From assembly GCA_008369845.1 (NCBI GenBank), contig MRSU01004418.1:1-34908 (forward strand): DNA of 34,908 nt, given 5' to 3'. This stretch comes from Trichomonas gallinae. Lineage: Eukaryota. Position numbers and translations under genes: made by a program. Under the pieces are notes generated by a model. It saw only the letters and a list, made by a program, of their open reading frames with translations, did no database searches and was not told where the DNA came from. This document shows positions 1 to 8,286 of the stretch, piece after piece. Positions within the stretch are counted from its first letter, which is position 1. Every line of letters begins with the position of its first letter.

Positions 1-98
1 CTCGAGACAAATAAACCATTCAAAAATTGAATGGTTTACACTCAAGACGCCACGAGACGCCGAGACAAAATTCGACCGAAAAAGTTTGTTTACCGCTC
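1..98. mobile_element. Probable terminus of a DNA transposon (TIR-like, possibly Mutator-type); rest of element outside the window
   Basis: Non-coding, with repeated (G/A)AGAC units and a perfect 12-bp hairpin (12-23/27-38); on the minus strand it begins GAGCGGTAAACAAAC. No partner TIR or TSD visible, so family is unproven. Confidence 0.35.
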
Positions 99-572
99 CT
101 TTTGCGTAGAAATATTGTCATTTGGGAACAGTGCTTTGGCATAGGATGCTATAATGCGGCAATAATGAGAGTAATTGTTGGGAAAAATGTACTCATCTAG
201 TTTTAACTTCCTTTGGCATTAATTGGTCACCATTTAAATGGTGAATAATTCATTGGGAGATCAATCTGAGGTTTGTTTTCACGAATTTTTCGGATATTCT
301 TGTTATAATTAAAGAATATTGTATGTTGACTATTGATTGATTTTGATTAGTATTCCAAGCAATATTGGCCAGTGTCAATGTTTTAATGTGTTTAAGTAGA
401 TAAACTGTTAAAAAGATGTAGTGTGGAGCTTAAATAAAAATCATACATTTTTATTTTTTGCCAAAATTTTCAACGTTTGCCACTTTGAAAAATTCAACTT
501 TCAAATAGTTTTACATTGTATAAAGAGATGAAATATGAAGAATTGATGTCAAAAATTTTTATACGTTACCAA

Positions 573-1646
573 ATGACCTCTGCACTGGGGTCAAGATATC
601 TCCTCGGTGAAAAGCTTGGTGGCGGAAGTTTTGGCGAGATATATATAGCTGAAAACGTAAATACATCAGAAGAAGTTGCTGTCAAGCTTGAATCAAAAAA
701 TACCAAAATTCAACTCTTGAAAAATGAATCAACTATATACAGACTTCTCCAAGGTGGTGTAGGAATACCTAACATTAAATATTATGGTACAGATGAAAAT
801 CAAAATGCTTTAGTTATGGATTTGTTAGGAAAATCTCTTCAAAATTTGTTTATCGAGCGCAATAACATCTTTTCTTTGAAAACTGTCCTCATGATTGCTG
901 ATCAAATGCTCACAAGAATCGAATATCTCCATAACAAAAATTTAATTCATCGAGATATTAAACCAGAAAACTTCGTTATTGGAAGAGGAAGAAAATCAAA
1001 TCAGATATACATGATAGATATGGGTATTTCGAAGCTCTACTGCGATAAATACACGCATGAGCATATAAAATTCTGCACTGGAAAGTCTATGGCTGGAACA
1101 GCAAGGTATACTTCGATCAACTCCCATTTAGGTCATGAACAATCCCGTCGTGATGATATGGAAAGCATTGCATATGTATTGATTTATTTTCTTAAAGGCA
1201 AGCTACCGTGGGAGAATATAAAAGCGGCCAACAAGACTGAGAAAAATCAGACAATTCGCGATTTAAAAATTAATACTCCGATTGAACAATTATGTGAAGG
1301 ACTACCAAACGAATTTGCGCGATTTTTAACATATGCTCGATCCCTCGGTTTTGAAGATAGGCCGGATTATGCAAAATATCGAAAGAAATTCAGAAAATTG
1401 TTTATCAAGCAGAATTATGTCTACGACTTCGTTTATGACTGGCTCCTACCATGTACAACAAAATCTACTTTATCTTCATCAATTTTATTGGAATCAGTCG
1501 AATGTAAAAAATCAATTCAAGCTCTACCACATATATTGAAGCCTAAGCATGGCGTTTCACAGTATAAGGCTCGTGAAAGAATCCAGCCAAAGATAACTAG
1601 AGCGGTACATTCTAATCTATGCACGAATAGAAAAAATATCCATTGA
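573..1646 (+). CDS. CK1: Casein kinase 1 family Ser/Thr kinase
   Basis: LGGGSFGEIY, VAVKLE, HRDIKPEN, GTARYTSIN and EQSRRDD are CK1 signatures. Start placed at ATG 573 (MTSALGSRY) by kinase domain position; ORF track starts at a TTG at 516. Confidence 0.95.
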   Translation: MTSALGSRYLLGEKLGGGSFGEIYIAENVNTSEEVAVKLESKNTKIQLLKNESTIYRLLQGGVGIPNIKYYGTDENQNALVMDLLGKSLQNLFIERNNIFSLKTVLMIADQMLTRIEYLHNKNLIHRDIKPENFVIGRGRKSNQIYMIDMGISKLYCDKYTHEHIKFCTGKSMAGTARYTSINSHLGHEQSRRDDMESIAYVLIYFLKGKLPWENIKAANKTEKNQTIRDLKINTPIEQLCEGLPNEFARFLTYARSLGFEDRPDYAKYRKKFRKLFIKQNYVYDFVYDWLLPCTTKSTLSSSILLESVECKKSIQALPHILKPKHGVSQYKARERIQPKITRAVHSNLCTNRKNIH

Positions 1647-1729
1647 AAAACTTCTAATATTTGCTGAATAACAAGGTATTTGGAAATAACACAAAAATAA
1701 TAAGCCAAAAAAAAACAGAACATTTATAA

Positions 1730-2707
1730 TTATTTGAATCCAATCATATCAGCGAAAGAAAAAACCTCATCAGTTGTCATTTTAGACAAATTCTCGAGAG
1801 AATTTTTGTTGCAAGCATGAGGGGTAAGCAATACACCTTTATATTTGCAGTTTGAATATTCTACCATTGAAACAAGTTTATTTGAGTCCCAGCAGAACTC
1901 ATCAATATCAGTGCTCTTACCACCATGGATAAGCCAACAGTATTCGCCGTCTACATAATGCGATGTTCCGTCTTTTTCATTCGAGAATTTTCCAAGTCTT
2001 TGATTATCATAGGTTACATCATTTCTGTAGTTAACTTTGTATCTACCTAATGATACAACGAAATTCTCTTGAATCTGATTTTTTCCATTTCGGTCTTTAC
2101 GTGAAGATTCGAGTTTTGATTGCACAGTTTGCCTCTGGTATTCTGCAAACTTATCAACGTAATCTTTATTTATTTGCTTTTTTATTGTTTGAATTAAATT
2201 GTTGCTTTTTGTTTTATTTTCGCTTATTTTACTTATCAGCCACTGGTATCTGATTTCTTTTTCAATATTTTCCCCGAATTTTAGTTTGATTCCTGCAGAC
2301 ATATGATTTCTTAGATTTGTTTGCAATAATAATACTTTCTTGCTTAAATCGAGGCATGTATTTGCGCAACCAGTTATATTAGTATTTTGCTCATCGGATC
2401 CATCGCAGCAATCGCAAATCCCATCATTAACAGACCATTTTGGAATTAATTTTGGAATAAATCCATCGTTTTTGCAGTAAAACATGCTTTCACTTGATAC
2501 CGATGTCGAAGGTTCATCCGATCCATCGCTACAATCGGAAAAATCATCGTTAATTTGCGAGGTAGAAATTTTCTTTTTTCCATCGAGGCATTTAAACTTA
2601 CCATTGTTCCAAATAATATTTCTCTCGAACCTTTTGAGCTGATTTTGCTCAATGCCGCTGGTTAATTTTATATCCGAAATTTTGGATAAAAATAAAACAA
2701 ACAACAT
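1730..2707 (-). CDS. Glucosidase II beta subunit-like (PRKCSH-like) secreted protein with LDLa-like Cys modules and a C-terminal MRH-like region
   Basis: Hydrophobic N-terminus; FKCLDG...INDDFSDCSDGSDEP...FYCKNDGF...VNDGICDCCDGSDE; coiled coil; C-terminal YVDGEYCW...EYSNCKY...TPHAC. Initiator TCATT at 2720-2716. Confidence 0.85.
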   Translation of the reverse strand: MLFVLFLSKISDIKLTSGIEQNQLKRFERNIIWNNGKFKCLDGKKKISTSQINDDFSDCSDGSDEPSTSVSSESMFYCKNDGFIPKLIPKWSVNDGICDCCDGSDEQNTNITGCANTCLDLSKKVLLLQTNLRNHMSAGIKLKFGENIEKEIRYQWLISKISENKTKSNNLIQTIKKQINKDYVDKFAEYQRQTVQSKLESSRKDRNGKNQIQENFVVSLGRYKVNYRNDVTYDNQRLGKFSNEKDGTSHYVDGEYCWLIHGGKSTDIDEFCWDSNKLVSMVEYSNCKYKGVLLTPHACNKNSLENLSKMTTDEVFSFADMIGFK

Positions 2708-2818
2708 TGAACTAAAATGATTATAAAATATTATAAATCTTCATGCTTATCATCGAAAAGGCCAAAATGAATTTACAAAAGAATAAATATTTACCAATTT
2801 GGTGTGATGAACATTTGT

Positions 2819-4114
2819 TTATAAATCGAATTCTAAATCCGGTAAGCCTTCTTCGTCCTTCTCTTCCTTCTCATTCTTTACCTCTGGTATTCCAACTTCT
2901 TCTTCCTCAGCATTGGGTTTTTCTTCCTTATGTTCTTCTTCTTCCGCGGCGATTTGTGTATTTTCTTCCTTTTGTTCTTCCTCTTCCTGTTTGTGCTCTT
3001 CTTCTGCTTCTTTGTGCACTTCTTCTCCTGGAGTTGCAATTTCATCTTTGGCATTTTCAGTATTTTCTGCATTGTTATGCTCCTCTTCTTCTTCAGTATC
3101 TTCTTCTGCAAGTATTTTAGCAATATCTTCTTGATCAACTTCGTCAAGATTAATTTCCTCTTCTTCATCGATCTCATTTAATTTCTCTGCGATGTCGAAA
3201 TCGCCGTCCTCTTCATTTATCATTTCTTCTTCGCCATTATATTGCTCGGCTAAATTATTCAATGTATCGTAGTTCTTTTCGCATAATGCCTCAACGCAGC
3301 GAAGTACAGATTCTTGTAAATTCTTATTATCGATTTGTTGGCCAGCGTACGCCAAGATTGTGGCAACTCTCTCTAATAACGAGTAATTAGGAGAGTCATA
3401 TTGCTGTAATTCGTCCGATTCGATTCCCCTTGTTTGTGGCTCTGGCTCTACTTCCTCTTCCTGGAACTCTTGTTCGTCCATATCAGGTGCTGCAAAACCA
3501 CATGAAATTTTAGCCTCTTCGACAATCCTGTTGTGCTCCTCATCGATCCTCCTCAACTCGTCTTCGAACAAATCACCCTGTTGGGCGCCGTGATAATGAG
3601 TTGCTGCTAGGTGAGAATCCTGAATTCCGAATTCCTTTGCAAGATCCTCGATTTCTTCATCCTCAATAGGATATGTAGCCATCCATCCGAGGTTTACGAG
3701 TTTTGGAACGAGTGGATTCTCAGCCAATTTTTGTGCAATCATTCTTGTCGACGATTTCACAATTCTTCCGTCTATTGTGTGGATATTGGGGCAGACAATG
3801 AGCAAACTAATCTGGTAGTTCTCGAATTTCTCGACTAACGAGCGTTTTAATGTAATATTCGACAAATTTTTCAAAGCTGAAAAACCAGCAAAGCTTGAAA
3901 TTGACGAACCTTCGATGTTGAGAGATTGAATGGCTTTTTGGGCCTTCATTCCTTGCAAGGATTTGAGCTGTGTGTACGACAAATTCAAATGTTTTAATGC
4001 CGTTGTCCTGGGAAAAAGTTTAATATCAGTGATATTCTCTCCGGAAAGGTCGAGTGAGTAGCTCTTCTTCAGAAGCTCGTTGACTTTCTTTAGCCAGAGA
4101 GGCTGATTGCTCAT
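2819..4114 (-). CDS. Leucine-rich repeat protein with long Glu/Asp-rich C-terminal tail
   Basis: LxxLxLxx repeats (SLDLSGENI, LKHLNLSYTQL, IQSLNIEGSSI) and LRR-cap-like YQISLLIVCPNIHTIDG; acidic low-complexity tail. Start chosen at MSNQPLW (4114); the upstream in-frame extension to 4210 looks like AT-rich UTR. Confidence 0.8.
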   Translation of the reverse strand: MSNQPLWLKKVNELLKKSYSLDLSGENITDIKLFPRTTALKHLNLSYTQLKSLQGMKAQKAIQSLNIEGSSISSFAGFSALKNLSNITLKRSLVEKFENYQISLLIVCPNIHTIDGRIVKSSTRMIAQKLAENPLVPKLVNLGWMATYPIEDEEIEDLAKEFGIQDSHLAATHYHGAQQGDLFEDELRRIDEEHNRIVEEAKISCGFAAPDMDEQEFQEEEVEPEPQTRGIESDELQQYDSPNYSLLERVATILAYAGQQIDNKNLQESVLRCVEALCEKNYDTLNNLAEQYNGEEEMINEEDGDFDIAEKLNEIDEEEEINLDEVDQEDIAKILAEEDTEEEEEHNNAENTENAKDEIATPGEEVHKEAEEEHKQEEEEQKEENTQIAAEEEEHKEEKPNAEEEEVGIPEVKNEKEEKDEEGLPDLEFDL

Positions 4115-4364
4115 TTTTTTATTTATTAACCCCTGATTAATAATGTAAAACCCCAAAAAATATTTCATAAAAATGTAAAGTCGAATAAATTCTATTTTCT
4201 TCTTTTTCATCTCTAACTATATATGAATTCATGGGAAATTTTTAAAAATTTGATTTTTTCTTTGTTTTTAAAATATTTTTGTTGAATTTCGGTTTATTTG
4301 TGCTAGAAAATTGGTTATGAATAAGTTAAACTAAAAATACAACAAAATTTTATTCATGGAAATT

Positions 4365-5438
4365 TTATTCTTTCGCTGGTGCATCTGCATCTGCATCTTT
4401 ATCATCTATCTCTTCTATGTACCCCTTTGGTGTTGTTAAAGGAATACATTCTGGTAAATCATTTTCAATAATTTCGACGATTTCGTCATATCCTGATTCG
4501 TATGCTTTTTCTTTGGCCCTCTTCACGTAATTTATGTCAACAAGCAAAGAATTGAGCAATTTTTTAAATATTGAAATTCTTCCTAAATTTGCTGCCGAAA
4601 CAAGAGCTTTATTCGCTGAACATGGTTTGAGTCTATCCTTGGCGTCTTCTAGAATGCAATCAAGCAGGTCTTCGCAGTTGAATAATGTGCAATCATTTAA
4701 AATAATCGAAAAATACTTATCTAGGGCTCCACATTTAATTGCAAGCTTTGTAATTTCAAATGAGTTGTTCTTTATCATTGTGCGAATTGACTGAGTTCCA
4801 ACAGCGCTGAAATCAAGAATGTAATGATATTCATTGATTAATATGTTAATCTCGTCAATTTTGTTTTCTTCGATGAATTTTGCGGGTACTACAGGAATAT
4901 CGTTGACTAAGCCTCTAGAAACAAGTAAAAGAAACATTTCTGGAGTAATATTGTGTGTTTTTCGACTAATGTCTATAAAAAACATAAAATTAAATCGCGA
5001 GTAATTATCTGCTATGTATGTGACTGCTTCTAAATCGTTTCTTTTAATTGAAGTATCAAATATATGAGTCAATATATCGAGATCAAAACAAATATTGGAT
5101 TTTTTAACGAACTCTAGAGCAATTTGTAAGCATATCTGTATACCCATTTTAAAGACCTTCATGTCGAACAAATCGAATAGTAATAAAATCATTTTTCTCG
5201 AAACATTAATATCTTGCGGACAATATAGAATAATATCTTTATTGGTGCACTGATTGAGTTGTATCATGCACTTCAATGCATCATGTTTTAAAATCAAAAG
5301 GAAGAATGATCGAGCTGCTCCATGATCTGAGACTAAGCTTTTAGTAATAACAGAAGGATCATCTCGCTGTATTTTTTCCTCTTCCTCCGCAGAAACTTTG
5401 TATGTTTTATACAATTCTGTCTTCTTCGTTCGCGCCAT
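4365..5438 (-). CDS. Hypothetical protein with degenerate ankyrin-like repeats
   Basis: 357-aa ORF; ALVSAANLGRISIFKKLL and AKEKAYESGYDEIVEII resemble ankyrin helix-turn-helix units. Confidence 0.65.
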   Translation of the reverse strand: MARTKKTELYKTYKVSAEEEEKIQRDDPSVITKSLVSDHGAARSFFLLILKHDALKCMIQLNQCTNKDIILYCPQDINVSRKMILLLFDLFDMKVFKMGIQICLQIALEFVKKSNICFDLDILTHIFDTSIKRNDLEAVTYIADNYSRFNFMFFIDISRKTHNITPEMFLLLVSRGLVNDIPVVPAKFIEENKIDEINILINEYHYILDFSAVGTQSIRTMIKNNSFEITKLAIKCGALDKYFSIILNDCTLFNCEDLLDCILEDAKDRLKPCSANKALVSAANLGRISIFKKLLNSLLVDINYVKRAKEKAYESGYDEIVEIIENDLPECIPLTTPKGYIEEIDDKDADADAPAKE

Positions 5439-5699
5439 TTCGAAAATGTTTTTGGTAATTTTATTGAAAAACCTTAATTTTTTAGAATTTTCGAAAAATT
5501 TGAAATAAAAACGGGATTTTTCGAATTTTTAACTCGAAAGATCCAATTATTTATGCATTTCCAGCATATTACATCAATCGGCATTTTACGATATTCAATA
5601 ATGAAAAACCGAAAAATTAAAAAACATATAAAATTTAAATAACAATAACAATAGGTATGTTTTAGAAAAAGGTTATTTTTGTAAAGTTATCAATTCTTG

Positions 5700-5704
5700 T
5701 CACT
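5700..5704 (+). promoter_or_regulatory. Initiator (Inr) TCACT upstream of the thioesterase gene
   Basis: Matches the trichomonad Inr TCA(Y)(T/A), 20 nt upstream of ATG 5720. Similar elements precede ATGs 2707, 11141, 23085 and 34125. Confidence 0.6.
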
Positions 5705-5719
5705 TTTGGAAAAATTTGA

Positions 5720-6112
5720 ATGTCAACAGGCAAAGCAACACTTCGCGTCGCCAAGGAGCATCTTGCACCAGCTATGAAGACCGGCACAGCCAATGTTATG
5801 TCTACAGCTATTATGGGCGCTCTTATGGAAGAAGCTGCTTGCAATGCTATTCCACAAGGCACTTACAAGCAAGGACAGACATCTGTTGGCATCCACCTCG
5901 ACCTCCGCCACAAGAAGCCATCAGCTTTGGGCGCTAATGTTACTGCTATCGCTAAACTGAAAGAAATTTCACCAAAGAAACTCGATTTTGAGATCGAAGT
6001 TTTCGACGAAACTGGTCTTGTCGGTACAGCAAAGCACCAGCGCGCATTTGTTATGACAGAAGCCTTCGAAAAGAAGTGTGAGATGGACTTCAAGAAGGCC
6101 ACTAGCAAGTAA
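5720..6112 (+). CDS. Hotdog-fold thioesterase, fluoroacetyl-CoA thioesterase (FlK)-like
   Basis: VMSTAIMGALMEEAA (Thr/Glu), SVGIHLDLRHKKPSALG (His) and AKHQRAFV (Arg) match the FlK family pattern; 130 aa. Confidence 0.85.
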   Translation: MSTGKATLRVAKEHLAPAMKTGTANVMSTAIMGALMEEAACNAIPQGTYKQGQTSVGIHLDLRHKKPSALGANVTAIAKLKEISPKKLDFEIEVFDETGLVGTAKHQRAFVMTEAFEKKCEMDFKKATSK

Positions 6113-6583
6113 AAGGATACAAAACGTCTTATCATTCTTACTACACTACTTTTTTCGAACTATTTTTAACTTCACTTCTCTTACATAATTTTATTATTTG
6201 TAATTCACGATAAAATATTCACAAAAACTACATAGCACACCATACTAACTGTGATGGTTTGTTTTGTATAATGACATTTATTCGATTTCTAAAAAATAAG
6301 ATAAATATCTATTGCAGCAAAAACCACTGCCACGGTTCGAATATAAAACATTTTTGGCGAGTTGGAAGGATTAACCGAGTAATATTTCTGTTTGATAATC
6401 AAATATCATCATTACAGTAAAACTAGTGCTATTTCTCATGCCAATAGCACGGTATCTGCATAGCTAGTAAATTGTTATAATTCGATATCATAAATTATCG
6501 TATTGAAATCTGTTCAAAAAATTGAATATAAATTGATAGCATTCTCCTAGTAATTAAAAACCAATGCATCTTAGTCCAAAAAT

Positions 6584-6955
6584 TTAAACATCGAGATCGC
6601 GCCATTTTGGAAGATCTTTTAATTTGCTGAATTTCCCTGATAAATGATTCGTTGTCTTTCCATTTCTGCTGAAGATCGGATAGTTTTGATATATTACGTT
6701 CCACTTCTTTCCATATTTTCTAACTGCTTCAAAAAGAACATCAAGTTCTTCATCGGTCCAAGGACTTCTACCAGGTGTAGCATTCTGCCTCTTTTTGAAG
6801 TATTTTGGCTTAAATTTCATTGGTTCTTCTGGAGTCATAACATTATGAGAAACAAACTCCGAATAAGCTGTCAAAACGTGTCGATATTGGAACTGTAGAA
6901 CAGGAAGCCTGTTAACAAAGTCTCGAATATCTTCTGTTGTCACTGATTCGTTCAT
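6584..6955 (-). CDS. Single Myb/SANT-domain protein (TRF/telobox-like architecture)
   Basis: C-terminal RSPWTDEELDVLFEAVRKYGKKWNVIYQNYPIF...TTNHLSGKF. Start at MNESVTT (6955) preferred; an alternative ATG at 7009 overlaps the ADAT1 ATG. Confidence 0.75.
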   Translation of the reverse strand: MNESVTTEDIRDFVNRLPVLQFQYRHVLTAYSEFVSHNVMTPEEPMKFKPKYFKKRQNATPGRSPWTDEELDVLFEAVRKYGKKWNVIYQNYPIFSRNGKTTNHLSGKFSKLKDLPKWRDLDV

Positions 6956-6970
6956 GAACTTTTTTGATTT

Positions 6971-7001
6971 TGCCACGTAAATTATATTTTTGCCACATAA
7001 A
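6971..7001 (+). promoter_or_regulatory. Two TGCCAC(G/A)TAAA motifs 20 bp apart in the 52-bp bidirectional promoter
   Basis: TGCCACGTAAATT at 6971 and TGCCACATAAATT at 6991; same motif clusters upstream of other genes in the window. Confidence 0.55.
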
Positions 7002-7007
7002 TTCTTC

Positions 7008-8081
7008 ATGTATGATGATACTTGGTTTTCGTCAGTGGAAAGTGCTGTTATTGGGCAGTACAACAAATTGAAAATCAAGGGAGATGTCGATAATTCTGTT
7101 TTGGCAGGATTTTTGCTTTATAACGAAAAAGATTCAACACTCAAAGTCTTATCTTTAGCAACTGGAACAAAACTAATGTCAGGAGATCAAAGAGAAAAGG
7201 ATAAAAACATAGGTCCAATATTTGTTCATGATTGTCACGCTGAAATTTTAGCTCATCGATGCTTTCAAAAATGGATATGGTCTGAATTAGACGGCTTATT
7301 CAAGGAAAGACACCTTCCGCCAGAGTTTTCCATCCATTTTTACACGAGCACACCTCCGTGCGGCGACTGCTGCGTCCACTGCAAGCAAGATGGTGTTTTA
7401 GTGGAGACAGGCGCGAAACCATTCGGCTGGGATCAGAGCCAGCTGGCATCATCGCCTCCAAACATCGTACGTGGGAAGCCAGGTCGAGGTTCTAGGTCCC
7501 CAGTTATGTCCTGTTCCGATAAGATAACGACATGGATACATTGCGGCCTCGAAGGGAACTTTTTGTCATCTTTTGTTGACACTGTCAAAATTTCGTCGAT
7601 TTGCGTCGGCGGAGGGAACATTGATTCATGCACGAGATCCTTCTTCTGGAGACTCGACCAGCCGCCAACAGTGAAGATATTCTGCGGTGCAACAGAATGG
7701 AAGCAGATGTCAAGTTCACCAGCTGCTTCTTCCGTCTCTTATTGCATCGGAGAAGATTACGAATTGATTCAGCCGAAGTTCGGACGAAGATTTGGTGTTA
7801 TTCCTAAGAATCAGGAGAATCCCAGGTTCATGGGAACTGTTTGCGATGCAATGATGCTGAGAAGATATTGCTTGAGGAAAGGAATCAGCGAAATAAAATT
7901 TGGTGATGCAAAACTGCAAAACCTGGTTTACAATGAAAAGAAGCAAAAAATCAAAGAAGAACTACTTAAACATGGAGGAACGTGGGCACCAAAACTCCCA
8001 GAAGAAAAGGATTGGACATACGAAGTCACAAAAATGACTCCTGTTTTTCCTGAAAGAAAACATCAAAATCCTGAAAAATAA
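7008..8081 (+). CDS. ADAT1: tRNA-specific adenosine deaminase 1 (Tad1/ADAT1; ADAR-type deaminase domain, no dsRBD)
   Basis: LSLATGTK, HDCHAEILA (Zn-binding His and catalytic Glu), FYTSTPPCGD, KPGRG and MSCSDK; KPGRG and lack of dsRBDs favour ADAT1 over ADAR. First ATG at 7008. Confidence 0.88.
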   Translation: MYDDTWFSSVESAVIGQYNKLKIKGDVDNSVLAGFLLYNEKDSTLKVLSLATGTKLMSGDQREKDKNIGPIFVHDCHAEILAHRCFQKWIWSELDGLFKERHLPPEFSIHFYTSTPPCGDCCVHCKQDGVLVETGAKPFGWDQSQLASSPPNIVRGKPGRGSRSPVMSCSDKITTWIHCGLEGNFLSSFVDTVKISSICVGGGNIDSCTRSFFWRLDQPPTVKIFCGATEWKQMSSSPAASSVSYCIGEDYELIQPKFGRRFGVIPKNQENPRFMGTVCDAMMLRRYCLRKGISEIKFGDAKLQNLVYNEKKQKIKEELLKHGGTWAPKLPEEKDWTYEVTKMTPVFPERKHQNPEK

Positions 8082-8286
8082 AATCTTTTGTTTGTTTTTT
8101 ATCATCAAAATTATATATCTTGGTTATAATATTTGCTCATGTTAGAGTGTCTGCAAAACCCCAAGGAATTAGTTTAAAATGTCTGAATGAGTTTATTGAG
8201 TGGATACAACTATTCTGTTATCAAATAAAAAAATATATTTCATGCAACTTTATTTCGAAGTTTATAAAAAAAAGGACAAAAAATAT

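Noticed and set aside
2743..3181. Several overlapping hydrophobic or Ser-rich ORFs
   Set aside because: Antisense and alternate-frame shadows of the Glu-rich tail of the LRR gene.
6426..6450. 8-bp hairpin GTGCTATT/AATAGCAC as possible ncRNA
   Set aside because: Too short; no tRNA, snoRNA or snRNA hallmarks recognised nearby.
6990..7078. Apparent 89-bp coding overlap of the Myb and ADAT1 ORFs
   Set aside because: Depends on TTG starts from the ORF caller; with the preferred ATGs (6955 and 7008) the genes do not overlap.
7008..8081. ADAR-like mRNA editing enzyme
   Set aside because: No dsRNA-binding domains, and the KPGRG motif points to tRNA-specific ADAT1; no evidence links it to the nearby Leu tRNAs (known substrate is tRNA-Ala A37).
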